Assembly (NCBI GenBank): GCA_016748015.1
Contig: JAAOMT010000697.1
Coordinates: 124,001 to 188,000 of the forward strand
Length of the DNA stretch: 64,000 nucleotides
Direction of reading: 5' to 3'
DNA from: Geosiphon pyriformis uo1
Lineage: Eukaryota > Fungi > Glomeromycota
Shown: one piece after another, positions 14,661 to 27,589 of the stretch
Layout: each line of letters opens with the position of its first letter
Position numbering within the stretch: the first letter of the stretch is position 1
Notes under the pieces: generated by a model
What the model was told of the DNA's origin: nothing
What the model saw: the letters and a program-made list of their open reading frames with translations, nothing else
The model's database searches: none
Position numbers and translations under genes: made by a program

Positions 14661-15875
14661 ACACCAACACAAATTGAATTTAAATCTTTTACGGTACGAC
14701 CAAGCTGTCAAAAAAAAAAAATTTTTGTGATTATCCCGCACTTTTAAAAAAAAAAACAAATCGTAGAAATAATTTTGATGGTTTCCGGATAAACTTAATT
14801 AATGATGACAAGTTTCTCGTTATTATTAACTATAAGCAATAAAAAATAAAATCAGGTTTGAAGCTTGAATGTGTGATATCATGATAACCATATATTTATA
14901 ATGATCAAATAATATATCAATTACAAATTTGTTGATATTTGTAAAGATTTTATTGATATTTTTTCGTTTTTCGAATTTTTGAATGTCAACTTCCAAATCG
15001 TGTTTTTTGTTAAGACAATTTTTCCCCAAACTTTTTTTTTTGATAGCTGTCAAAGTATATGAAAAAATATTTCAATTATAGAAACTTATCAAAAGTTCAA
15101 TCTTTTTTGAATAACTGGATCACAGCTAAACTTGGATTCTCATCTTGATCCGATCCCTACTGAACATTTATTTTTATTTTTTATTTTTTTATTTTTTTAT
15201 TTTTAATTTAACTACTATTAACATATCGTCTGTGCCAAACTGCTGGTTAGCCCCTGAAAGACGCGTATCAACATCCTGTCAAAAACTGTGCTAAACCAAA
15301 ACGGCAGGGGCAGTTAATGAAACGGGTAGCTAATTCATGCTTGGTTTCGGAAATTTTTATTATCATCCCAAAAAGTCCAGGGTCAAACCTAAAAATTTCC
15401 TCCTACTTTTTTTTTATCAGCAAGATGATCTTAATTTATTTTTGGAAATTTTGTTAATGAGGGGTATAATGTTATCTAATCGGATCTATGAAAGTTGAGG
15501 AAATTTTACATATTCCCTTTATTTTATTTATCTATCAATCCATCCATCCATCCATCCATCCATCCATCCATTATTTTATTTTATTTATTTTATTTTAGAA
15601 GAGGAAGAAGAAACTTTTCCCGACTCTAGAGAACTTTTTTTTCCTTTCAAAACTAGCTATCCATCTTATTTTCCATGGCATCTCTTTTGTTTTACTTTCT
15701 TACAAAGACGTCTCGACATGATACTCCAAAAAAAAAAACCTATTTTTAAGTTTCATTTAACGCCATGGTGTGACAACTGACAACACATACTATCTATTGC
15801 AGGATCTATTAAACAGGCGTATTCGATCATCAAGAAATCCAAGTTATTCGTTTCGTTTTAAAGTTTACTATGAAC

Positions 15876-15910
<35 letters not shown>

Positions 15911-16477
15911 CATATATTATAAACGTGTGACCCCAATCCGTACAGTTGAAACTTTGAAAGGTATATGGGTGATGCGGATTAGGTAACTTTTCAAGGATAA
16001 GCAAATTGAGTGCAGAAAATTCAAACTATGTTATAACATGAAAATTTGAAGATCTGAACTAAACACAATATTTAGGTTATTTGTATCCCCATTGAAATAT
16101 TTGAATTTAAGTTCAAGTTTCAGTTTTCATTTCTAATTTACAAAGAAAAAATGTATTATCTTTCTTATTTGGGTAAAAACTATCGCCCAAAGACATCCTG
16201 AACAAAATCCTTTTGTTACAAATGGGAATATGACATCTCATTACATTATTTACAAAACTGCAGTAAAAAAAAGGCTAAAGTATTATGGGGATAATACAGT
16301 TGCTCTTAAATATCTTTTTTCTTTGGTGTTAAATTTAAATTTAAATTTAAATATTCAGTTTTAGTTTTAGTTTTAAATTTTTCATTGTTCCTTTGTACAG
16401 AGAATATGTTAGAGATTTTCGTAGCAGGTATACGGAGGTTGATTAATTAAAACTGTCAACCATCGCTGCTACTGCTG

Positions 16478-16516
<39 letters not shown>

Positions 16517-17736
16517 TTCTACTTCTACTTCTACTTCTACTTCTACTGTTACTTCTACTTCTACTGTTACTGTTACTGTTACTGTTACTGTTACTGTTAC
16601 TGTTACTGTTACTGTTACTGTTATTACTACTGCTACTGCGGAGACTCGGGGAACCATCACCGATTTACTGTTCTAAAGGCTTAACTACCTTTGTGTAGAA
16701 ATGCTGTGTCACCACGATATTTATGCATGGACAGCACGTTTATGCACAGGAAGCATTAGAACCTTTTGATCTGAAATGATAGAGCACCTTAGCATTACTC
16801 TTTCTAGTAGTCAATTTAAACTTGAAAGTGTTGCTGGCAGCTAGCAGATTTTTTTGCAGCATTAGCTTGTGAATCTAATCGAAAGGATGAACAACATGCG
16901 CGGTTGTAAATTATAATTTTCGAGACACGGTAACAAAAAAACTTTTTTTAATCCAATTTATGATTGTATGATCAAGATGATAATAATAATAATAATAATA
17001 AACACGTGTAGATCGACCTATTGTTAATATATTTTTTTTATAATGAACTTTTCAATATAGATTAGATTATTCCGATGTTTTTTTTTTCTTTAGTTTTTTC
17101 GAAAAAACATTGGGGGTGATTTAAAATTTGAGAAAACGAAAAATAAATAAAGATTTTTGAAATTTAATAATAATGATCCCAGCAACCACTTTGACATATT
17201 TTTTAATTGACATGGTTTTCTTTTAATTAAACAAAGAAAAAAACAACAACAACAACAACAACAACAGAAAAACAATAAATAACAGAAAAAAAATAAATAA
17301 TAATATATTTTTTCCACTATCTAAATATTTGGTAACGCGTAACGGGCACATCATTAATTGAGAATCTTTTTATTTATTTATTTTTTGACAGTTTTTTTTA
17401 TTTTATTTTATTTTTTGACAGTTTTTATTAAATTTTCTATTTGAAAAAAAGAAAATTTTTATAATGATAATTTATTTTTAAAATAGTATTATAAAATAAA
17501 TTTTTGTTCAAAGAAATGTATATATATATATATATATATATTTGATTTATGCATACAATTTTTTTAATCTTTATTTAAAAAAATTTTTTTTTTAATTTAT
17601 ATCATTAAACAAAATAAAACATGATCCTAATTATTATTATTATTATTATTACTATTATTACTATTACTATTACTATTATTACTATTACTATTACTATTAT
17701 TACTATTACTATTACTATTATAATTATTACTATTAC

Positions 17737-17797
<61 letters not shown>

Positions 17798-18328
17798 TTG
17801 GAATACATGATTTACAACAATATTAAATTCCGAAACTTTTATTTTTTTTTACAAACTTCCATTTCAAGTTATCAGTGTTTCAATAATAATAATAATAATA
17901 ATAATTTCATAATTTTTACCCAATGACTCGAATTTTTTTATTACCAAATTAAGCTTTTAGGATTTTTCACAAGTTTAATTTTTCTATTAAGAAAAGAATT
18001 ATTTGTAGATTATTAAATTTTAACATGATCTGGTTTTGTTATTTGATTTTTATTTATTTATTTATTTGTGTTTATTTGTGTTTATTTGTTTGTTTGTTTG
18101 TTTGTTTATTTATTTTTGTCTGTCTGTCTGTCTGGTGTATCTGTCTGTGTGTCTGTATATACTACTAAATCTGTGATTCTTGTATCGCGTTAATTATGGG
18201 TTTTTTTATTTGTTTATTTGTTTATTTGTTTATTTATTTATTTATTTATTCTGTGATCGCGTAAAGTTTAAAAAAAAACCTTGTCTGATTTTTGATTTTG
18301 ATTGATGATGATGATGATGATGATGATG

Positions 18329-18425
<97 letters not shown>

Positions 18426-18572
18426 GATCCCGATTATAAATCTGAGGGGAAAACTAAAAGGTGAGGATCATTAATGGATCGACAACAATTCGGTGCGATT
18501 TTTGGAGATAGATGATTTATGGAATTTTTTTTTAATATCACCCAATTGGTTTTTCTCGAAGACCATGATGGC

Positions 18573-18592
18573 NNNNNNNNNNNNNNNNNNNN
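18573..18592. other. Assembly gap (20 N) next to a (TTA)n array
   Basis: Run of N characters. Confidence 0.99.
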
Positions 18593-18686
<94 letters not shown>

Positions 18687-19205
18687 TATTACTCTTATTA
18701 TTTATTTTATTTAATGCGTTAACTAAGTGTGATCCAACCACTACCCTAATTATTATTATTATAATGTTTCTAATCATTAAATTTTAAAACATTTCCAATC
18801 CCATTTATATCGATTCTCAATTAGATTGTAATTTAGTTAAAACAAAAAATTGTTCACCATTTTTTTGAATTGAACTTTTTTCCGAGTATCACATGGGATT
18901 TTCACTTTATATGTTTTAAAATACTTTTACTTAATAATATTATACTTAATACAATAGTCTAAAAGTATTTAAAGAGGTAACTAACAGATAACAAAAAACG
19001 TTTCTAAAATTTTTTTCAACTGCTGGAAAATTTATCGATTCCTAAAAGTAAAAAAGCTTCCGTCTTTATTAACGTTTTGAAATTAAATCTTTAGATTAAT
19101 TAATTAATTAAAAAAAATAGTTGTTTTCATAACAACTTTTTTCCCTTTTTTTTTTTCCTCATTTTAATACGACTTTCCAAATATACCTTCGTTTTTCCTC
19201 CACTA

Positions 19206-19248
<43 letters not shown>

Positions 19249-19325
19249 GTCTTTATTTTTTTTTTTAAAAAAAACACCAGCAGAAGGCAAAATTTTCACC
19301 TTTTTTTTTTAAATTGAAAAAATCG

Positions 19326-19890
19326 ATGGCTGCAAAATTGGAAAACATTTTACATCCAGACGCAAAGAATATTTCAACGATTGAAATGCCAGAGAATTTT
19401 CCTCAATACCCTCAAAATCGACCAAGATATCTAAACTTTTTTCCTAAACAAGAATCTCCACAAGAAATTTCAACATTTATGCATCCTACTACCACTTCTA
19501 CTACTACTACTACTACTATTTCTACTACCACTAATAATAATAATAATACTATTACCTTATCACGAGAAATTATTTCTGGTAGTAAGAAACGTTCACATTC
19601 AACAATTATCGATAAAACAAATGCACCTAGACCATACGAGTGTACTATATGCCGTAAAAGATTTTTCCGTTTGGAACATCAGGAAAGACATCATAGAATT
19701 CATACGGGAGAAAAACCTCATCGTTGTGAGTTTCAAGGTTGTGAAAAAAAATTCAGTAGATCTGATGAATTAACTCGACATCGAAGAATTCATACCAATC
19801 CAACGAAAAAGGATAAAAGAAAACAACAAAAATTAAATATGGATTTCAAAAATAATCAATCAGCAAAAATTGATCCTTATTTGACTACTC

Positions 19891-19922
<32 letters not shown>

Positions 19923-20202
19923 GCTACTACCACCACAACTAGTCTTTATGATCATTCTAAAGTTTCTCAAAAATCTTTTCAACAGATTGATACAGTTTTG
20001 GCAAATTCCGATATTAGAGAGTTGGACAACAAAAAATTTCATCGTTCAATCAATTCCGATTCTTTGTTAAGCCCTCCATTGACTGGAACTTTTGGAAATT
20101 TTAATTCAGAAAGTTCAGACTCTGAGAATGAAAAGTTCACCCCTTTAACCCCTATCATTTCACCTCAGATTGATGAAAATCATCATCATCATCATCATCA
20201 TC

Positions 20203-20243
<41 letters not shown>

Positions 20244-20579
20244 CATAATCATTACTATCATCATAATCATCATCGTCAAGATCCCATATATGTTCCAAGC
20301 TGTCAGTATCAGACTAGTCCTAACTTTGGCAACACCATACTTACCGATTGTCAAGGGAAGCTAAACGATATCAAGACAATTAATAAAATTAATAAAAACA
20401 ATATTAATAGTATTAGTGATATTTTGAACGCTCCATTACCAGAAGTTAGAATCTTACCTCCCCTTTCTACTAACAACAATTCACAAACGTCTACCTGTGG
20501 CTATAGTAGTTATTATGATTGCGGGATGGGAGGATATTACGATTTGCCTCCTTTTCGATATGTTAAGGAACAATTTTAA
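19326..20579 (+). CDS. creA: Carbon catabolite repressor CreA/Mig1-type C2H2 zinc-finger transcription factor, intronless, ~417 aa
   Basis: [58 protein letters not shown] is the CreA/Mig1 two-finger signature (RLEHQx[10 protein letters not shown]). It also has a C-terminal ISDILN/ILPPL repression-type motif. First ATG at 19326. Confidence 0.9.
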
Positions 20580-21584
20580 TAAATTTCTTTTTTTTTTAAT
20601 TTTAAATTTCCGACATTTATCACGAACATATATATATATAAATTATACCTCTTTCTCTCGGATTTTCTTTTCACCTTTTAAGAGTTATTATTATCTAAGA
20701 CAGATTTCGGGAAAAAAAAAAAAAAAATGAAACCAATTCTCTGAAACATTTTTTTTTGGTTAATGTGGGAATTACCAAGATAAAATGCGTAAAAGATTTG
20801 GACCAATTTTTCAATTTTCAATTTTCAATATTCTTTTCGATTCTCTTACATTATTAAAATTTGTTCACGAAACTTGGGTACTCAAATTTTTTTTTCTTTT
20901 TACCTTTAAATAAATTTATTCCCTTGTTTTTATATATTCCTAACCTCCTTGTACCTTGTAAGATATACACATCTATATATTTTTTTTAAATCCATGCCAA
21001 AAAATATTTCCGCTTTTTCTCGATCATTTTGAAAAACTCACACTGATACCAAGACTCTTCTTTCGTACCGTGTACACAACACACATAATCAAGAACCGGC
21101 GGTTTGTAGATAGTAGTAGACTTTCTTTAAAATTATATATACCCTCCTTTGCATTAAAATCCCTTTTTTTGATTCTTTTGATTCTGAACTTTCCAAAAAA
21201 TTTTTAAAATGACTTTTTTCTTTTTTTTTTTTGCTTGCTTGTTTGGTTTCTCATCGTTTAAAATGATTTCTTTTATATTTTTATATATATATTTTTATAT
21301 ATATCCCCAAGAATATTTTAGCCAAATCTTTAAACTATCATTCTTTTATCGATATATATATATATTTATTTAGATATATATTTAGATATATATTTACGAA
21401 TTCCTTTTTGTTTTCCATTATTTTTATATGAATTTACGTCAAAAGATTGATAATTAACGCGTCAAACCAAAAAAATCGTTTTTTTTTTTGTTTGTTTTTT
21501 TTATTGACGAGTTTCTTCGATGAGACGGAACGTGATCTGAACAAGCCAAAAAAAAAATTAATAATTCCACAAACATCTTAAGCA

Positions 21585-21585
21585 C

Positions 21586-21620
<35 letters not shown>

Positions 21621-21852
21621 ACACACAAATCTATATCTATGTAAATATTTTAAAAAATCTTAAATTCCAAATTTCTAAATACACTCTTAGATAGATGCAT
21701 AGATTGATATATTATTATTATTTCTAGTATTATTATACATACACGACAGAAATTCTCAAAGCGATCTGTTTACATTTTTCTTTTAAGATCGATCGACAAA
21801 CAGCAAAAGAAGACTATTTAAAAATAAATAAAACTTCATCATTTATATACAG

Positions 21853-21885
<33 letters not shown>

Positions 21886-22226
21886 ATTTTTATGTTAAAA
21901 AGTTTAAGGTTTTTAATTCATATAAATTTTTTTTTATCTTGTAAATTTATAAAAAAATGTTTTAAAAATCTGCACACACACATATACACACACAACTTTA
22001 TTATTATTATATGAATCTACTATATCAAGGAATCCCCCCCCCCAAGTTTAAATTTTTTTTAAAATTTCGGTAAAAAATCATTTTAAAAAAGATTATTTGA
22101 GTCACCACATATATCTTTAATCTTTTTTTCATATAAATAAAAAAAAACGGACAGCATAATTACCAGTTATTTAATATAAAATTTTAAATGAGTACAAAAC
22201 GTAAAAATATCTATTAATGATGTAAA

Positions 22227-22260
<34 letters not shown>

Positions 22261-22327
22261 TTATATCGTGGGACAGAAAAAAGATCTTTTTGGTACAACT
22301 TAACTGTCAAAAAAAAATAAAAAATAA

Positions 22328-22361
<34 letters not shown>

Positions 22362-22489
22362 TATATTATGTTCGACCTGTTACCTGGTAACTTGTAAGGT
22401 ATCTTTTGAATATTAAAAAATTTTTGATACGAATTTTTTTTTGAATAAAGATCTGTATTTATTATTAATTTAATAATAATAATAATATG

Positions 22490-22531
<42 letters not shown>

Positions 22532-22860
22532 TGATATGATAATGATGATTTTTTATATATATTAAAAAATTATTATTATTATTATTATTATTATTATTTA
22601 AAGATTGGATTTAATAAGTTTTTTTTTGTTTTTTTTATTTTTAATGAGTGGTAAAATTTTTAACAATATCAAATCAAAGATCTAATATATAAAATTTATG
22701 AATGATTAATCAAATCAAATCAAATCAAATCAAATTAAATTAAATTAAATTGAATTAAATCAAATTATTGATATCATGATTTATTGTATTTTTTAAATCT
22801 TTTTTCTTTTTAAATTTAATCAATAAATTGATAATTAATAATTATTATTATTAAAATATA

Positions 22861-22899
<39 letters not shown>

Positions 22900-22965
22900 G
22901 GAAATTAAAAAGAATCAAATAAAAACACATAATGAAATGAAATAAAATAAATTGTCGAAATTTTA

Positions 22966-23016
<51 letters not shown>

Positions 23017-23918
23017 TAATAAGTGTTGAAAAATAAAGGTTTTGGATATGATCCGTTACTTTTGGAAATTGTAAACATATCTTTGATAAATTTTCGTGAT
23101 TAAAAGATTTTTTTGAGGTAAACAAATCAAATTAAATTAAATTAAATAAAATCAAATCAAATCAAATCAAATCAAATCATAATTGAAAAATCATAATTGA
23201 AATCGTAAAAAAAAAGTTTTCACATGAAATATGTTTATTACTATCAGCAGAATCAAACAACGAAAAACCTGTTGCTGCGTCAATATTATTTATTTATTTG
23301 TCTATTTGTTTGTTTGTTTGTTTGTTTGTTTGTCTGTCTATTTTTTTGCTTGTTTATTTGTTTGTTTGATTTCTCTCTCGTTGTCAGTTTTTGATGGTTT
23401 TTTTGTGTGGGGAAAAACCCATAGATTGGATTTTTTTTTTTTTTTTTTGAAAAAGGAAAGTTAAAATTCCATAATGCTGATAAAAATTTACCTAATTAGA
23501 ATATCTTTTTTTGTTAAGTGTGGAGGAACAAATAGTGGGGCATTGCAGAGTGATCTATATATCAGGTTAAAAACTTAGTATGGTAAAGTTCTTAAAACTA
23601 AATTAAGTCAAGTTTCGTGAAAAGATAAAAAGGATAACACAATGTTAATAATGATGATGATTTCGTAATATTTAAAAGAGATCGGGTAAGCGTGAAAAAG
23701 GTATAATAGAAAATTTTCAAGTATTATTCTGCGTAAAAAAATTTTCATGAATGTAATAATTGCCTTTTTGTCCCAATTTAAAAATGAAGAGGTAAATAAA
23801 AATTTCCCAAAGTTTTTGGGTATTTTTTGTGATTTTCATACTAAAACTTTTAAAAATTTCGTCAACGACATTTGATTTAAAAATTTTTTAATCTGTGAAA
23901 TATAGCTACTACTACTAC

Positions 23919-23981
<63 letters not shown>

Positions 23982-24021
23982 TACTACTAAAAGATGATTT
24001 ATCTATTATTCGATAAAAGCC

Positions 24022-24057
<36 letters not shown>

Positions 24058-24408
24058 ACTTTAAAATTAACATGTATATGCATCAACATTTGAAATTTCA
24101 CGAAATTGGGCATCTCTGATCATTTCATCCGATCCCCGACTCAAATAATTTAACCTTTACGGTTCACGCGCGTGTGCTGCGTGTCTTATCTCTCGAAATC
24201 AATCAGAACACTGCATCGGGAGTGTCAAATTGTAGGCCGTTAATAGTTATGAGTAAATGCCTTGATTGTTTGGGGAATCTGATATTTTATTTTAATTCTT
24301 TATTTGAAATTTCAAGAATTTCAATTCGCTACCAAGCTTTCTTATAAAGATGTTTTTTTTTTCATTAATTCAACAGTTCCCAGGAGTTATTATTGAAATT
24401 TCTCAAAG

Positions 24409-24443
<35 letters not shown>

Positions 24444-24444
24444 C

Positions 24445-24498
<54 letters not shown>

Positions 24499-25085
24499 CA
24501 ATAATAATCAATATATCTATATTTTATTCATCTTTAGAATTACTTTAAATCAAATTTTTTACTATTTCTAGAATTGAAAATTTTTTTATCATTTCTTAAA
24601 ACGCTATACCCTTTGAAATTTACCGGGTTACTACAATTTTGAAATAGCATACGTAAATGACAGGTTGGACGCAATCACTCGGTTACTTCTTTCGTTCTTG
24701 TTGTTCTTGTTGTTGTTGTTGTTGTTGTTGTTGTTTCATTATTATTTTCATAATTATAAACATGTACGTTGTGAGGTATCATCGAGTTCTTGCTTCTTGA
24801 ATCTTACCTCATTAATTTTTTTTTATGCAATGATATGCCATTTAATTGATGATGATACAGTTTCCTTTTGAGGATAAATTGACTGTTAAAAAATATATAT
24901 ATATATTAAAACCATAAAGAAAAGGTTTCACCATGTGTTCAAAAAAAATATTTGTGTAATAGAATAAATCTTTAAAAATTAGAATGGAATTTATTATCTA
25001 TTTTTATTTTTAAAATATTTTTTCAATTATATAATTTAAGATTCATTTTCTTTCATTGCTAATCATGAATTAAAAAGATTATAAA

Positions 25086-25119
<34 letters not shown>

Positions 25120-25325
25120 CGTATTTTATTTTATTTTATTTTATTTTTTGATAAAAATCATTTTCACAATACCTTTGATTGTTTTAAAATCGTCATAAGA
25201 GTATGATTTCATATCATCACATCATGGAAAATTTTCAAAGCTTATCAATGGGTTTAAAACAATGTAATTTTTAATTTGAATATAAATCATATTATTTCTC
25301 CTCCTCCTCCTCCTCCTCCTCCTCC

Positions 25326-25357
<32 letters not shown>

Positions 25358-25840
25358 CTAAATCACGCGAAATCTTTGAAAATTTCAGCTGATTATTACG
25401 CTCCCAATTCAATAAAATTATTAAAAACTATATATATGTGTGCGTAACTTTATTTTTGGTACATGTTTCAAATTGCTATGACATAAAAAAAAGCATTTTT
25501 TTTTTCGTAAAAAAGACAACCCTCAATTTAATTTTCAATTGTTGAAAATTTGTGAATGAATGATATTTTCCGATTATATTAAACGTCTTCTTGTTCCTTG
25601 TATCATAGTTGGAGATTGATCAATCAATCGATCAATCAATCAATTAATTGAGAATGAAACTTTAAAACAATTTAATTTAAATAATAAATTTGAATTTAAG
25701 TTATAATTGTTTGTTTTTTTTAATATTTTTAAAAACAATTTAAAAGATTATTATTATTCTTGATTATTAATTGTCAAATTCAAATTCAAATTCAAATTCA
25801 AATTATTATTATTTATTATTATTATTATTATTATTATTTT
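21585..25840. repeat. Microsatellite field downstream of creA: poly(A), (TA)n, (AAT/TAT)n, (CAAAT/TAAAT)n, (TTTG)n, (GTT)n, (CCT)n
   Basis: Visible tandem arrays, e.g. 21586-21617, 22470-22600, 22710-22760, 23905-23990, 24408-24500, 25298-25355. Confidence 0.9.
24300..25620 (-). repeat. Right arm of the diverged inverted duplication flanking creA
   Basis: The same anchors occur in reversed order and orientation relative to 12960-14200. Confidence 0.75.
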
Positions 25841-26395
25841 AAAAAAATTGTTTATCAAAATTTTATTTTATTTCATTATAATTAATAATATATTTTTAAT
25901 TAATCAATAATTTTTTTCATTATAATTATTAATTAATCAACAATCTTTATTTATTTATTTATTCAATTATTTATTTTTCATTTATATTATTTTTTGAATA
26001 ATTATCTTTTGAATTACTTATTTTTTACTTCTATACATTATTAATTTATTTATTTATTTATTTTTTTACATTATAAATTATAATAAAAGTAAAAAATTGA
26101 CCAGTCTATACACATATATAATAAAACCATGTATAATTTGTTGCAAAAAGAAATCTTTTCTATAAAAAATGCATAAATTAAATTTATTATGAGATATGTA
26201 CATGTTTCAAAATAAATAAATAAATAACATTTAAGTTACACTCAATAAAGCAAAAAATAATATATATTAACAAAAATATACTAATTATGAATTATAACAT
26301 ATTATATTATTGGAATTTATTTCTATTTTTTTCATAATCTGTATCTTGATTTATTTTAATTGAGGAAATTTGTTTTTTAAAAAAAGTGAAATAAT

Positions 26396-27589
26396 TTATT
26401 CATCATCAGTATCATTGGCTTTATAGGCAAATACTTTTCGTTGATTCTTCAACAAAACTGAACACCTTTCACCTGTAAAAGATTCAATCGTTGGTACTCC
26501 CAATGTTTCCATATTGATAAAAATCACATCTCCAGGGAGTATAACCACCTTAATCATTTTCTTTTCAAAAAAATACTCCCCACCAGTAAAATCTCCACCC
26601 ACAAAAATGACGTCCAACCCGAATGGAATTGACATTACTTTTCGACACTCTTGTTTAGGACTAGTTTGTGGAAAATTAAATTGAGTTAGTTGCCAAGGAC
26701 CCGGATGCCATTTGACTTCTTTGGGGAGCGTCAGGCTGTTGTAGGTCTTCAACAAACCGGGGTATATGTCTGATATTAGGGTGCTGGCGAATTGGTTCAA
26801 ATTTTGAACGCATGGGCGAATCTGGTTTTGAATAAATGTATAATAATCACCCGTTGCAAATTTGATTTCGGAACAGGTGAAAGGGGAATCAGCAGAGCCC
26901 ACTTCATTCCCAAAAGTGACGCAAAGATTTGCAGCTTTAGTCTTTTTTTTGATGGAAGCATAAGTTGGTTGCGTTTTAAGGTTATGGCAAAGTTGGGTTA
27001 CTTGATTGAAAAGAGCACCATTTTTGTGATGTTGGTTTCTGAAAAGATGAAAAGATGTATAACTAACGGTTTTTCTTGAAGGTAGATATTCAGATTCAGA
27101 GGATGATTCGGAGGATGATCCGGAATAGGGTTGCAAATTAGGTGACCCAGGTGGAGAGTCGACGCGAGCAGGAATGTAAAGGGAAAATGGTGCAGCGAGA
27201 GAAAATGATGAGTCGTCTTCATTGCCGGAGCTGTCGTCGTCGTCATCGGGCGGAGTGATGATAGTTGTATTGTAAAGTAAGACCTCCTGATAGTTTGAAC
27301 CAATAGTTAAAAGAGTATTTTTTACTTTGCGGTCGGAAATTTCGAGGCAAAATCTATGGTGATCAGTTTGAAGAGAACATTGTGGTTGGATATCTTGAGG
27401 ACTGTAAATTGTAATACAAACTGAATATCTTGATAAAAAAACCATTTATAATTAAAGAATATTATTCTTTACATATACATATACATACACAGGCAAATGC
27501 CCCGTCCAACCCTCACGTCTCTTAGTTCGAATTGTCTCAAAAGAGCGCTCAGTATGTCTGACTAGTTTAGTCCAATCAGTGGTGTACAT
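26396..27589 (-). CDS. Hypothetical protein with C-terminal TET/JBP-like 2OG-Fe(II) dioxygenase fold, probably catalytically inactive; 2 exons (27589-27489, 27428-26396)
   Basis: ATG at 27589 (MYTTDWTKLVRH...). A 60-nt GTATGT..CAAG intron joins in phase 2 to the 349-aa ORF. The C-terminus GLDVIFVGGDFTGGEYFFEKKMIKVVILPGDVIFIN...FTGERCSVLL resembles the double-stranded beta-helix of fungal TET/JBP proteins (GxFxGG...PGDVxF...GxRxS). The fold call is pattern recognition only. Confidence 0.6.

Larger units (their letters stand above)
12730..18690. repeat. Dense microsatellite field upstream of creA: (AATATC)n, (AAT/TAT)n, (CAC/CAT)n, (CATC)n, (GA)n, compound (ACT)/(ACTTCT)/(ACTGTT), (TTTG)n, (GAT)(AAT)n
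   Basis: Arrays at e.g. 12730-12900, 14226-14420, 14580-14660, 15879-15908, 16480-16630, 17630-17795, 18300-18420 and 18593-18690. Confidence 0.9.

Noticed and set aside
12667-18777. Many short ORFs with poly-Ile/Asn/Tyr/Leu/Val runs
   Set aside because: They are translations of triplet and hexamer microsatellites with no coding signal.
16638-23541. SYGGRG CreA sites suggesting autoregulation (e.g. 16638, 23407, 23520, 23536)
   Set aside because: The hexamer is degenerate, hits are few and scattered, and they are not clustered near the promoter. Not distinguishable from chance by eye.
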